Assembly: GCA_002269645.1 (NCBI GenBank)
Contig: NIVC01003204.1
Coordinates: 1-44,290 of the forward strand
Length of the DNA stretch: 44,290 bases
Reading direction: 5' to 3'
Source of the DNA: Macrostomum lignano
Lineage: Eukaryota
Shown here: one piece after another, positions 11,801-32,200 of the stretch
How the letters are laid out: the number at the start of each line of letters is the position of its first letter
Numbering within the stretch: the first letter of the stretch is position 1
Notes under the pieces: generated by a model
The model's database searches: none
What the model saw: only the letters and a program-made list of their open reading frames with translations
What the model was told of the DNA's origin: nothing
Made by a program: the position numbers and the translations under genes

Positions 11801-13246
11801 AGTCATGCCGTGGCAGTCGGTGATGGTGAGCAGGTCCACCCTCTGCCTGTCCAGACTGTGGCACAGCAGCTCCCTATGGTAATAGATCTCGTCTGGTCCA
11901 GCCTTGCCCGGCCTCATCGCGGCGCAGTGGCGGAAGCTGAGAACGAGATAAGTTAGCGGGAGCAAGATATGTGCGATGTATTCGATGCACTTTTGTAAGA
12001 TTGAACGTTTTCAAGCGTGAACTTATTAAGGCTAAAAAAATTAATTCGGAAATAGTCAACATGACGACATTCTTATTTAAAGGCGCCAATACTAATCGTC
12101 AGGCATGTACACTCTCTGTGCCTTTGGGGTTGGCCCTCGTGGCTGCTTTTTATGGTGTTAAGTTTTCGTACACCATCCCCAAATTAATACGGCCGCACTC
12201 ACGGAATCGAACCCAGGGGTCTTCGAAATTGGGCCATCGGCTAAAAATTCAATAATTTTGCTACTAGAGTAGCTCATTCTTTTATTAGAGGTACCCTGGC
12301 GCACTTTAAGCGACATTGTCGCACAACCGGTGAGAGGCATTGCTGCCCCCATTCCGCCGACTCCCCTGAGCAGGCACACAAGCGCGCGGATACGTACGCA
12401 GTCATACGCGCAGGCACACACTCACACAGGAGTGTACAGTGGCCCTAACTTTATTTATCATTAGGCATGTACACTTCACTGTGCCTTGGGGGTTGGCCCT
12501 CAATGGCGTTAATTGCACGAGCAGAGCCAAGCCGAGATTCCAATTTAGCCTCAAATTACTGTGACTGCACTCGGAATTGAGCTGCGCTAGACCACTGGAC
12601 TACGCCCCCCCCCTCAGGGTAGCCCAAGGAAAGCCCACTTTGGAAGGCGGCAATCATTGCTAAACCAACCGATAGTCCAGTGCGGACAGCTGCTCCTGCG
12701 ACTCTGTGTAGGACCAGGGATAGCAGAACGCGAAGTAAGTTGTGCAGCCCTTGGCGTTGGCGCCGAACCGGTGCGTGAAGGTCAGGTAGAACTGGCCGTC
12801 GACTGTCTCGCAGGAGCAGCGGTCGCGGACACGCTGCCACTTGGCGAAGCTGCCGTCAGGGAAGCCGACACGAAACACCGGCTGGTGGCCCTGCTGGAAG
12901 AGGCGCTGCTGCCGGTTAAGGTTCATCACGGTGAGCTTGATGAGCTTGTTTGGCTGGTAGCCGCGCACGCCGAAGTGAAACCAGGTGCGATTCTCGTTCT
13001 CAAACTGGGAGCCCTCGGCGTCTTTGCGAGTCCACACCTGGTACTCGTAGTCAGGCCGGTTGGCCTCGGCTTGGGAGGTTGGCGCCGGCGGCGGGGCGGC
13101 GCAGCTGCAGATGAGGCCGAACTGCCCTGCTGCTCATCTGAGTCGTCTCTGGAGGAGAGCTTGGCCACCCGGGCGAGATTGCCAGAGTCGAAGTTGGACA
13201 GAAATGTGAGGCTGCCAGCCTTCATCTCAGAGCCAGTGATAACCAT
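5836..13246 (-). CDS. AGBL5: Cytosolic carboxypeptidase 5 (M14 Zn carboxypeptidase, tubulin deglutamylase)
   Basis: Six exons with GT-AG ends and consistent phases once three -1 indels are corrected: 13246-12670 ([11 protein letters not shown]...[11 protein letters not shown]...NRTWFHF...FAFCYPWSY); 11936-11795 ([23 protein letters not shown]); 10187-9661 ([23 protein letters not shown]...[27 protein letters not shown]); 9382-9200; 8178-7766 ([19 protein letters not shown]...[10 protein letters not shown]); 6798-5836 ([21 protein letters not shown], then a Q/A/S-rich tail). Zn ligands HPGE and DLHGH and the catalytic YTLE are present. Motif order and the insert in the catalytic domain match CCP5 rather than CCP1-4/6. 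Confidence 0.92.
6960..7548. repeat. Purine-only (GA-rich) low-complexity tract, AGBL5 intron 5
   Basis: About 590 nt almost entirely G/A, with internal repeats such as GAGGAGAGAGGGAGGAAAGG. Confidence 0.92.
8272..9145. repeat. Compound 25/26/30-bp minisatellite, AGBL5 intron 4
   Basis: Core unit TAGTGTCCATTGCCTGTCAC(CAAC)CACCCC (~8345-8900), flanked on both sides by degenerate TTGTCTATGGCCTGTCACCACC units. Confidence 0.93.
10250..11735. repeat. 14-bp minisatellite (~105 copies) filling AGBL5 intron 2
   Basis: Unit GGATCGGGACTG(C/A)A, with variants GGATCCGGACTGAATGATC and GGATTGGG. Confidence 0.96.
12083..12235 (-). mobile_element. tRNA-derived SINE copy A (partial), AGBL5 intron 1
   Basis: Shares AGGCATGTACAC...CTCTGTGC..TGGGG.TTGGCCCTC with the other copies. 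GGAATCGAACC at ~12203-12213 is the reverse complement of the B box GGTTCGATTCC. Confidence 0.65.
12300..12590 (-). mobile_element. tRNA-derived SINE copy B, AGBL5 intron 1
   Basis: Nearly colinear with 17165-17440 (GCACTTTAAGCGACATTG...GCAGGCACACAAGCGCGCGGATACGTACGCAGTCATACGC...GCCGAGATTCCAATTTAGCC). Degenerate B box at ~12573-12583. Confidence 0.7.
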
Positions 13247-13290
13247 GGCTGCTGCTGCTGCTGATTTGACTCAGGGAGTCCTGCTTCCTT

Positions 13291-13305
13291 ACTGTGGGGA
13301 AACAT
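13291..13305 (-). promoter_or_regulatory. 3' splice acceptor in the AGBL5 5' UTR (cis or spliced-leader acceptor)
   Basis: The minus strand reads TAATGTTTCCCCACAG|TAAGG, 45 nt upstream of ATG 13246, at the edge of a very AT-rich region. Confidence 0.45.
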
Positions 13306-16300
13306 TACAGAGAAATCTGCTTTTATGGCTCCATGGCAAAACAAAAAGTGCTTTAAAATAATTATTTACAATAGCTTAAGAATTTAGATTTTACCTACAA
13401 TAAGTTATTCAAAATGCTTGAATGAACTCTGAAACTTGCCTCAAAATTGTTAATTCTTAGAATGGCCATGAGGGAGTTCTGACCTACATTTTGGATGTTA
13501 AATGCTCAAAATTGTATTACTCATTGATAATCATTACTAGTAGAAAAGTTAAGAAAAAATAATATATATATTTTATTAATTGGCCTTCACTTTATCTTAG
13601 ACATTAGGCTCCCAGATAAAGCAGATGACTAGGTAGACAATAACTGGATGTTTTATCAACAACTATTTTACCACTAGAGGTGCTCTGACTTTTTCTAGAT
13701 GTCTGTCTAAAAAATCTCTGAAATATTCTATTAAGGACAATTTGTGCTTTTATATAAAATAATATGTTTTTGACTTTATAATATAATATTATTAAGCTAA
13801 AAGTCTGTTTATAAACAGTATTTAGAAAAGTATATAAGCAATTTTGAAATTTAAACTTTAAATAAAACCAATAAATAACACCATATGAAATATATAATAA
13901 AATATATTTGTATAAAACTTTGGACCACTTTAATATTAGCTTGTTAAAATTATGCTTATATAATTGTATAATTTTCAATAAATCTTAAATTTTTATAGAC
14001 TCTACACAATATAATACACTACAGTAATAGTAGAAAAGTGACTAAGTAAATTTATATTATTTTTGACTTAGTATAATGCTGCTAGCTCATACAAATTACC
14101 ATAAAATATAAACCCTAGATATGCATATGGATACAATGGTTTGATCTTTGATGCTTTGTATCTATATATATTTCTTATTACCTTAAATATTAATAAATGT
14201 GAGGGGCACCCTTAATTACATTTTGATTTAAATTGAAACAGTACCCTGTTGAAAATCAATATTTCAATAATACATTGTTTGCATGAAAAAGAAATGAAGA
14301 CTTGGTTGCATTTTTATTTAGGCCTATGCCTACCTTTTCTAATTGGAACAGGTATGACACAAAATTCACGGAAAACATATCAGTCAATTAGTGCGATTTA
14401 GTCTTTAATTGTTGACTATATTATTTTATAAACTTTTTTAATAAAATAAAACGATTCTCGGTGTCTTCAAGATAATAGAGAAACGTTCAAAAAGTATGTA
14501 AGTCATTGTAAAAATAGCTAATGGCTTTCAGAGTTTTGACACCTTTTGAGACAACTTGATTAACAAGCAATTTTCTTTGTCATCGATTTTCATAGACAGT
14601 TTAATAAAGAGAGATAGATAACATTATTAATGATTGATGAACTTAGCTTGTAAAAATCGTTACATTATTCAGAAAGTAAATTATTGCAAAGAGTGACAAC
14701 GCCGTAAATTTTAATAACTTTTTTCAAAACAAACTAATTTTTTGTTATCAAAACATTAATAATCACTGCGGAGTTTTATGATTTGCTGTCGGAATTAAAA
14801 TTAAGATTCGCAAATTTGTTTTATTGCTTAAAAATATTGCAAAAATGGAAATTACCGTTCGAAGTCGTCCCCTATAATTTTTGTACCTGCGATTATTCGC
14901 AGCAAGCCAATCCACTTTGCCAATCATCAGAAATGCCTTAAATAGAATAACAGACCGAAAGGCTTTTCAGTGCTTTTAACCTTCAGTGTTTCGCAAAATA
15001 ATGGCCCGTTCTGAAACATTTTGGAATTCGGTTCTGACTTTTAAGTTCGAAGCCTTTTGCCTACGTTTTTTTGTCGTGTCTTCCAAAAAACTCATTGGAA
15101 AATTGCAGTGCTTTGTCTATACCAACTTTTTTTCAGTCGAGTTCGTACATATTTATAAAACCCATTAATACCGTTGTAATACCATGCAACATGAAAGGAC
15201 CCAAGCAACTATACATACACGTCTTTTCCAGTGGGCGAATTCACGTTTACATGTACATGTTAACATGTACACATGCACGCAGTCCTTCTGTTTTATTTAT
15301 GTGATGGATCGGTTTTGCAGCCGTTCAACTATTGGATTCATTATTACAAAGACACGGTTCTACACTATAGCATAAGGTTACAATGTGATTTGATTTTACT
15401 GCTGCAACTGTTTTAAACGATGGCACTTTTTAATTGAATTTAGTTTACAACGATAGCCCAGCTAGTGGCCGTGACTTTCTCAAAAGTAAACTCGAAGTTT
15501 ACGAGAGTACATGTATAAATTCATGTGGCATTAAGCTGTTACAGAAGAAAAATTAACAAAGGTATAGTTAAATGACTTATAGACTAAAAAATAAGTGGAT
15601 TGCACAATAATGCGTAATACTTTGCAATAGCTATTATTCGCAACTGTAGACATACAAAATTTATTTTCTCATTTTAATTTCTCATGCCTCACTTATGGCT
15701 AAAAAAGCTGTGAAAGGAGAAAAAAATAAAAGAGAGAATAGAGAGTTCCACATTGAAGAGACGAGATGGACGGGCAACTCTATGAATATGAGCAGTCACA
15801 CTCACACTGAGCATCTTCCAGTTTACAATAAATGCGCTTCAATGTGCTTCAAGTACGAGCTGCGTGTGTATCGTGCCTTGTTTGGAATTTTTGAAAAGGT
15901 AATGTACGCACTGATTCATTCAACTCGTACATTAAAAAAATTGTTATAATACGGAGCTTTGACAAGGATCCAAATAAGTCAGAATCTCGCACAGACTAAT
16001 TCCGTATTTTTTAATTGTTAAAGCTGCCGTCGATATGAATTATAGACTATAGCAACAGAATTCGGATCCAGCAGAGCTTGTAATTCAAATTCGCGCGCAC
16101 AGCTGACTTGAAATGCTCACTTCGTGCTTATATCAAGCCTGTCTCTTCGGTGGTAAGTTCGACTATTTGTTACATGTAGTTCGATAAGTTAACAGTAGTT
16201 TATTTCCAAGTATTGATTACTTGGGGTATACCAGCGCATGGGCAATTTCAATGGGGAGATACACTCTGGGGAGACTGATAAGACATTTTATTGCACGCTG

Positions 16301-16465
16301 CATGATCAGCATATATATGGTGGGACAAGTACGGGCCAATTGAAAGACCGTAAACTTGCTCCATTTGACATTTCAAAGTGCAAGTGAATCTCGTACACAA
16401 TTTGCAAGTGTAGGAGCCTAGCAAGTGCAAGTGCGCCCTAAATATTCCAGTTGCCACGATAACAC

Positions 16466-19803
<3,338 letters not shown>

Positions 19804-20446
19804 GAATGATTATTTTGGGAGTCAATGCGCCTTCCTTTGATTTGAATCACGCACTGGCAATCGGCTTTTCTTAGAAATAGATTTCCAGGAATGGTTTCTT
19901 GGGGCAAAAATTCGGTTTTGCATTTAACAGTTAACACAAAAAAGCAACTGACGTATTCCGAATTTCCCTGATTTTTCCCGAAAGAAAAGCTTCATTTTCA
20001 GCGCCAACTTTGACTGCATCATTGTTGAGCACGCTTAAACTACGAGCTATAGAAATTTCGTGAACTGTTTCATTTCTCTGCAGTTTGTGTGAACCTTTTC
20101 TGAGCTTGTTGAACTTTGAGACAAACAATATCCAGTCTTTCTTGTAACCATCAGCATCACCGCTTCCAAAGAGGTGTTGCCAATTTTGTATATTCATTTC
20201 ATTACATTTTTTGTATTGAATTTTTTGTTTATACAGGCTTGGAATAACGTAGCAACCGAGTCATAAGTATAGGTGTAAATGTATATAGTGTAGACGGTAT
20301 CGTGTGTGTGATACTTTGCTATAATATTATTAATATTAGTGGCTATAAAATGAACATTGTGCATACAAGCATATAAATTTGTAGTACACTTGTTGCATCG
20401 TTATTGCATCCGAATAAATATCCCTCTCAGAGTCTTTAAAATTATA

Positions 20447-24260
<3,814 letters not shown>

Positions 24261-25189
24261 ATTATAATATATGCTCCAATACTGGTTTCGAATCCTCATT
24301 TAACAGAAACTGCCACATAAATGCACCTGGGCATATTCATTAATTATAAGAAATATTTGACCATAATCCACGCGTGGACCTCTACTCAATATGCAAATAT
24401 TCAGTATTCTTCATTTAAATAACATTAATAAACTCAAAACTTCCGTTTCAGTCAGAGAATCTGACTCTTACAATGAAACATCAAAATTTTGAGTGTATAT
24501 TTCAAAATCATAATCTACACAGAATATTTTCTCACTAATTTAAGCTTTTCGGCCAAATTAGGGACAATAAAAGTTTTTACAACGTAAAGCGGTATGATTT
24601 TACTATGTATGCCGTGTTCAAGGCAAGCTTGAAAACGCATCATTTCGCTCGCAAAATTCCTAAATAATCGATTATGATTATGCTGGTACAATGTATATAC
24701 TGCATTGGCTGGTGTACGGTATTAGAAATTTACTAAACCACTGCAACGACTAGTCAGCAATCAGCGTATACGCGAGAAAATGAAGGAAATTTAAAAGAGC
24801 TAATGAACTACTGAAAGTAGCTCAGTAAGCATTTTTCGCGAATAGATATTTCGGCAATTTTGGAAGGAAACCAGTACGAGCTATTATGCAGGACAAAAGA
24901 ATAAAAACCGCAAGAGACTTGAAGCTTATTGCCAGTTGCAAATCTAGTTTTGCGTGCAACAGCTATATTAAATTCAAGGTTTCACAAGCAATATGTGCTG
25001 AGATAGTTAAGAAACTATTGAATGTAATGGGGATTATTTGCCAAAAAATGTACAGACAACAAATGCAAGCAGTTCACAACATAATTACGAGGATAGTTTA
25101 TTAAAATTGCTATATTGTCTTGTTCCACCGCGTTTTACATCAACGTTTAGGAAGGAAAAGAAATTGACTTAAGGGTCCGGTATAAAAGC

Positions 25190-25737
25190 CGATGACCTTC
25201 TGGGGTGGGGTGATGGGCCGGCTAGCAAACTGATAACCCTTCTGGGGTGGGGTGATGGGCCAGCTAGCAAGCTGATAACCCTTCTGGGGTGGGGTGAGGG
25301 GCCGGCTAGCAAACTGATAACCCTTCTAGGGTGGGGTGAGGGGCCGGCTAGCAAGCTGATAACCCTTCTGGGGTGGGGTGAGGGGCCGGCTAGCAAACTG
25401 ATAACCCTTCTAGGGTGGGGTGAGGGGCCGGCTAGCAAACTGATAACCCTTCTGGGGTGGGGTGAGGGGCCGGCTAGCAAACTGATAACCCTTCTAGGGT
25501 GGGGTGAGGGGCCGGCTAGCAAACTGATAACCCTTCTAGGGTGGGGTGAGGGGCCGGCTAGCAAACTGATAACCCTTCTGGGGTGGGGTGAGGGGCCGGC
25601 TAGCAAACTGATAACCCTTCTGGGGTGGGGTGATGGGCCGGCTAGCAAACTGATAACCCTTCTGGGGTGGGGTGAGGGGCCGGCTAGCAAACTGATAACC
25701 CTTCTGGGGTGGGGTGAGGGGCCGGCTAGCAAACTGA
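25190..25737. repeat. 42-bp G-rich minisatellite (~13 copies) just downstream of the protocadherin stop
   Basis: Unit CTGATAACCCTTCTGGGGTGGGGTGAGGGGCCGGCTAGCAAA. Confidence 0.96.
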
Positions 25738-26027
25738 TGACTAATTGGGGGTTGAGAAGGATAGAAGCATTCTTGAAGATCAGAAAAGGTTTCGCGTTTT
25801 TACTCCAGTCTTACCATTGGTGGCGTTTCCAGATAGTTATATCCTAAATTTAGGACTATTTTTCAACTTCAATCTCCTTTCTTCACCAGAATTTAACATT
25901 AAATGAAATTTAATATTTGCCATATTTGGCTGCATATTTGCCTGCTTAATGATATTATTTAGAGACAAACAATACTTCTAACGCGAATACATTTCTGCTA
26001 AATTTAAATATTATACTGCGGGACATC

Positions 26028-26186
26028 TCACACCGGCATGTCCCGGAAGAACAAGCTGTCAATCTGACGGCACACTTGGTCAGCCTGTCCGTTGCCGCTG
26101 CCGCCACCACCTGCTGATGCCGCCGACACGGTCTCCTGGCTGCCCGCAACCTCCTCGACAGTCTGCAACGGTGCCGGGACTGGCGG

Positions 26187-26217
<31 letters not shown>

Positions 26218-29200
26218 CTCCTGCTGGTGTCCTCGTCGAATGAAGACGGCAGAAAAATCGCAGGCAGAGCAGTCGGTCCGGAGACTGAGTGGTGGCCGCA
26301 GCGAGCCGGAGTCGACGCGGATACGGCCATGCTGGTCGAGTGCAGCACCGGGAGCGGAGCGAAACGGGCAGGACTGGGAGCTTCGGCGGCTGTGAAACGG
26401 GGTGACGCAAGGTTTGCAATTTAGCTGCCTGCTTAGCCTAGCGAGAATCAGATGCGATAACCGGAGCAGTTGCACTCACCCCGGTGGCTGACTGGAGGGC
26501 CTCGGTGCATCTGACAAGCGGCATTAGTCGATGGCTGGTAGTACACCGGGCCGGAGGACAAGTCCTCGTCCGAGCAGCCCCGGCCACTGTCCGACTGGGC
26601 TCCGTCAACAGCTTCAGCTGGCTGGTTGTGCTGCTGCTGGTGCTGCTGTACAATGTACGGCGAAGGGTGATGCGGTCCGCGAGCAATGGTGCAAAAGTTG
26701 CTGCTGGTGGCTGCACAGTGCGACTGCTGCTGCAGCAGCTGGTGCTGCGGCGTCGAAGCGTCCTCTTTGATCTGGTAGAGCCAAAAGTTCACCTGGCGTG
26801 GGAGTTGGGAGTTATGATAATCTATAAAAATATTCGCAGGAGGGCTGTGTGGGCACCGACCGACCCGCAACCAACGCTGAGGCAATTCTGCCAATTCCAC
26901 TGACCCCTGAGCACACACAATCGCGCCAATGCTGTACGCAGGCACGCACTCATACACACGCTCACACAGGGTGTACAGCGGTCCTGACTTTCCTATCGCC
27001 AGGCATGTACACTCTCTGTGCATTGGGGGTTGGCCCTCACTACTGTGAATCGCTCGGCAACCCCCTAGGTCAATGTTTTAATGCATAAGCCTCACGAATG
27101 AATGTGGCTGCGCACGGAATCGAACAAGGGGGCATGGCGTGAGAGTCAGACAAGCACATTAACCTCAGCGCTGCTCTGCCGCCTTAAATTTGGGGTGCTT
27201 AGTACCAGATACAGCAGACCGAAAAAAAAGCAGAGATGGAAATCATAGCTTTAAAAAGGAACGGTGCAGTATTCTCGGTTATAGCTTTGACAAAGTTCTA
27301 AAACTAATTACTGGACTTGAACTTGATTCCAGTATGATTGCAGTTAGATCTGGGAAGTCCCGTGTTCGGAACAACCCTACCTGGTCACTTTTTCCTGTCT
27401 TGCCAGCGCCAGCGCCTGCGGCTGCTGTCGGCGATTTTACGACCGCGTGTTGAAGCTGCTGCTGATGCTGGAGGTGCCTGGGGTTCGGCAGAGTGCGTCC
27501 GCTGCCGATGTCGCCGCGGCAGTAGCCCTCGTGGATGGGCGAAGCGAATGATGTGGTCACGATTGGGCTCTGTCAAGGACGGGATGCAGTGATCAGCAGT
27601 CTCCAGTACAAGCTAAGGAGAACATTGCCTTGAGAATGCGTCTCGTTGCTAAGGGAAGCACTCCGATGGACTTGGTTGCTAAAGAAAGTACATCAATGTA
27701 CCCGGTTGCTAAGGAAAGCACTCCAGTGGACCCGGTTGCTAAGGAAAACACTCAAATGGCACGGTTGCTAAGGAAAACATTCAATGGACCCGGTTGCTAA
27801 GGAAAACACTCCAATGGACCCGGTTGCTAAGGAAAACACTCAAATGGCCCGGTTGCTAAGGAAAACACTCCATTCACAGTTGCTATGGAAAACACTCCAA
27901 TAGATCCGGTTGCTAAAAAAAGTACTCCAATGGACCCGGTTGCTAAGGAAAACACTCTAATGGACCCGGTTGCTAAGGCTTTAGTGGTTGTTAAGATGAA
28001 CAATCCTACAGGTTCCAGTTGCTAAGAGAAAAATCCTACAGGTCTGGTTGCCAAGGTAATGACTCTCTCCGAATTTTTTGTTGATAAGATTAAACATTTA
28101 TACTGCGATAAAAAGTATGTCTATACTGTTGCTGCGATAAACAATCACAAAAGTTCCAGTTGCTAAGCAAAATACTCCATTGATCTCGTTGCTAATACAA
28201 TCACTGTCACTGTTAGAGAGCAACCAAAATACATCACGTCACACTAGGCTTACCTGAGATCCAGTCTGCCGGTGCAGATCAGTCGGGCCGCCAGCGCCCC
28301 AAGCACCGCCCATGATGTCACCGTCCGCCACAGTCAGGTGCAGCGCCTGCTCCATGTACTGCTGGTCCGCCTCCGTCTCCGGGGGCCGCTTGGAGCCTCG
28401 TCCGCCCAGGCCAGACGCGTACTGGGGCGGGCCGTACATGCCGCAGCAGGGCCGATTGACGCACGTGATAGCGATGATGAGGATGATGGCCAGCACGGCT
28501 GACACGGCCGCCAGAATCACGATGATGATCACGTTGCGCCTGGTGTGCGCGGCGGCCAGCTCGGCTTCGTCCAGCAGATTCGATGGCGGCGGCGCGGCGT
28601 CGTTCACGTCGACGTAGATCACCTGCGGGCGACATGCGACAAGTCAGAGACTCAGTTAAAAACGCATAACTCACTTATTGGATCTGTCTTCATAGCCAGT
28701 CTCTAGATTAGGCGCGCAACTCCATAGCCAGTCTCTAGATTAGGCGCGCAACTCCATAGCCAGACCCTAGATTAAGCGCACAACTTCATAGCCAGTCCCT
28801 AGATTAAGCGCACAACTCCATAGCCAGACCCTAGATTAAGCGCGCAACTCCATAGCCAGTCCCTAGATTAAGCGCGCAACTCCATAGCCAGTCTCTAGAT
28901 TAAGCGTGCAACTCCATAGCCAGTCCCTAGATTAAGCGGGCAACTCCATTGCCAGTCTCTAGATTAAGCGCGCAACTCCATTGAAACTTTTCTGGCTTAG
29001 GCCTGAAACCCCACTGTGGCGCCATGGATACAAAAAAGCGATTATTTTCAAGATTCACTGAGCTATTTTGTTGGCCTCAAAGCAAAAACAAACAAAAGAA
29101 GGTCACTGCCGTTTATAATTGGGGTTGGGCGCTTGTGTCCCGCGCACGAGACAATGAGACAAGACCAATGGATTTATTTGAGCATTATAACTAGAAAAAT

Positions 29201-32200
29201 CAAAGAACTTTACTGACTGCGGGGTTGCCAGCTTCACTGCCTTTTAGATCAAATATCTATCGTCTTTCACAAGCAAGCCGGATTGGCCTGAGCAAAAGCA
29301 TCTTATGTTCCGCCCTGGGGGGGCAAAGAGCAATTTTTTTTCAAACAAGCGGACGGGCAGGCCCGCGGCTTATGAAAATTGAGGGCAAGCAGGGCGAGGC
29401 GGGGTCGGTCGCCGCTTGAACAGACCAAGCCTGGCTAAGAGAAATCTGGGATTTTGCACCGATTAATTAATAATTTATGTATTCTAATATTCCTTAAGAG
29501 GAATTCTGCTGTAGCCATTGTGACGCAAGCGTCCCATGAGTAACGACTTTAATGAAAGAGGAGGGAACAACTCTCGTTCTCAATCTTAATCTGCTTGGAT
29601 ATTCTCTCTCTCTGTGTGTCTGTCTGTCTTTCATTTTCGACTCAATTTGCCTAATTCGATTTTTGGCAATCAGACTGTGAACTGCCGATGGCACCTGTCA
29701 CAGCGGCTCTCGGAGTTCTTCTGCAGCTCAAAAACTGGTCAACAAAGGCTTGGCGACCACTTTAGACAGAGGGCTGCATTCACGATTGAAGTCGAGGGGT
29801 CGAAAATGAAAAAGAATGGGACAGGCGAGAGGATAGATGGTAGATGAAAGTGGGAGGTAAGAGATGAGGGCTGAGATGCGGGGCCAGTCCTTCAGGGTGG
29901 GATGGGCAGTTATTGTTGGGTTGCATAAGAGACTCGGCCACCCTCCCCTGCCGACACCGCTGCGTCCGACATGATTAAAGAGAGGCGTTTGCTGATACGG
30001 GAGTGCCGTCGTTTGGACAAGGAGGAAAGCCGATTGAAAGGGGAGTGTCTGGTGGCAGCCCCCCCCCCATATATCCTTCCTTTTCCCCTTTCATTTCCCA
30101 GCTGCGGGACTCCACCTCTGCAGAGTTCTTCAAGGATAAGAGAGAGAGAGAGAGAGGTTTTGGGCATTTTCTCCCACCGCTCTCCACCATCTCATTTCCC
30201 ATGGGAGCGACCCCGCTGTGCTGTTTAACCGAGAGAGAGAGGAGGGGAGATGGAGAGAAAAAAGAGAATGAAGAAGAGGTGAAAGCAGCAACAGGAATTG
30301 ATCAGAGAGATGGCACCGCGACAAGGTGGCCGGCCAAAAGGGGAGATCTTGGCAAGCGATAAACTCGGCCGTTGGGAGTTGAAACACGAGGCCAGGGTGC
30401 GGATGAGCAGCTGAGCAGTGCCTGCAGCCGCTTCATCTTTCAGCTGTCCCGACCTCGCTTGCGTCCGCCGTGCAGCATGGAAGGGGTGCGGTGAATACAA
30501 GAGCGAGGTCGGGAAACGATGAAGTCAGCTGACGGCATCGATGCATTTCCAAGAAACCCTGAGTCAGCATGCGTCACCTTCAAGCGCGGCGTGTTTTGTG
30601 TTTTTCTGTCACGAAACCATCGGTCTCCTACGAGTCGGATTTTTTTAGCATCATTAATTTCTGGCCGTGCTGTCGAACGAGTTTCGACTGATACGAAAAA
30701 GTCAAACCTGTTCGACCTCAGCCAGGTCTTGGTCTTGATAGTTGAACCCTGTCAGTAAGCCAGCTCAAGCGTTAAACTTGAAGTCATTATTGAATACAGG
30801 CTTGTATCGCTAGTATAAAGCTGCACAGTTCACCCTCAGCAAGTCATTTAGCAGCCCATTGTCGCGAGAGACAATGGCATAAGCTTTTTCCATTTCCGCT
30901 TAGCCAGGCCCCGGGCAGAAACTTCTCTGACCGTCGCCACGAGTCCGTAGTCAAAGCCTGGATTACGTAATCCACTCCCGAAGTTAATTTTGGATTAATG
31001 ATTTTCTATCCGACACACAGCTATACAGGCCCGAGAGAGACAACTAAAGGTGCGCTTCATCCATCGGTGTTTCCCATCTGCAATTTTATTATCTATGCCG
31101 ATATATTTAATATCTAAGCCAGGGTGTCGCACAGATTCTGGGCGTTAAAGTTAGTGGCGCTAGAATGGCTTGGGCGCATGGCTCAGCAGAGTGCGAGTTA
31201 GAGAGCAAATATGCCACTGTCAAACACCAGCGAAGCCGCTACCCCCGCCGCTTTTATATCCAGTATGGACTATGGCGCAAATAGAAGTTGAGACCTCTCA
31301 AAAAAGTCAATAAATCAGAGCTTGAGTGGCCCGCCCCCTCCCCCTACTGACTCTCCCTCTTTCTTCTCCCAGGGTTGAGTGCTGGCAGATAGACATATGA
31401 TTCAGCTGGGTGGGAGTAGCTGAAGTCACGTGATTTGAACATTTTGCGCCGTCCAAATAAAATTCGCCATATTGAAAATGGCGAATCAACAAAGTAACTT
31501 TATAACAATTTTAACATGAAAATAAGCAGTCTCATTAGATAAAAGCTTCAGAATGGGACAACAGCTTCAGAATGGGACAGCAGCTTCAGAATGGGACAGC
31601 AGCTTCAGAATGAGACAACAGCTTCAGAATGGGACAACAGCTTCAGAATGGGACAGCAGCTTCAGAATGGGACAGCAGCTTCAGAATGGGACAGCAGCTT
31701 CAGAATGGGACAACAGCTTCAGAATGGGACAACAGCTTCAGAATGGGACAGCAGTTCAGAATGGGACAGCAGCTTCAGAATGGGACAGCAGCTTCAGAAT
31801 GGGACAGCAGCTTCAGAATGGGACAGCAGCTTCAGAATGGGGCAGTCGCAATTTACCTTGGCGTCGGAGCGCGGGTGCACAGGGTCCCGGTCAGAGGCCT
31901 GCACCATCAGCTTGTGTCGAGTCATGTCAGACACGTCCAGCGCTCTGGCAACTTTGATCTCCCCGGTATTCGCGTCTATGCTAAACTTCGAGCCGCGGTC
32001 CTGTGTGAGGCTGTACGAAATCTGCCCGTTGACACCTTCGTCTCCGTCGACCGCGTGAACCTTCTGCACCAAAGCGCCCGGATGGTGCGTGTAGATGCTG
32101 ATGGTGACAACCGCGCCGTTTCCACCTGTCGAGTTGCCGCCGCTTGCTGGCTGTATGATTCGCGGTGTCTGTCGTTGACGTCCAGCACGCGGACCAGGAC

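Noticed and set aside
5836-13246. AGBL5 and the protocadherin as pseudogenes or programmed-frameshift genes
   Set aside because: Indels are nearly all -1 in error-prone runs, with no in-frame nonsense codons, intact catalytic or Ca-binding motifs, and no slippery-site pattern.
13380-16400. AT-rich spacer as a DNA transposon or hidden gene
   Set aside because: I found no TIR/TSD pair or recognisable protein by eye; a repeat-library search would be needed.
19931-20197. 88-aa minus-strand ORF
   Set aside because: AT-rich, with no recognisable domain or flanking exon partners.
25169-25732. 187-aa LAGPSPHPRRVISL repeat ORF
   Set aside because: It is the 42-bp array; unit variants give no sign of coding constraint.
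27105-27186. Functional tRNA-Glu gene
   Set aside because: The acceptor stem does not pair cleanly, and the sequence continues into a dispersed repeat body, so it is a SINE head.
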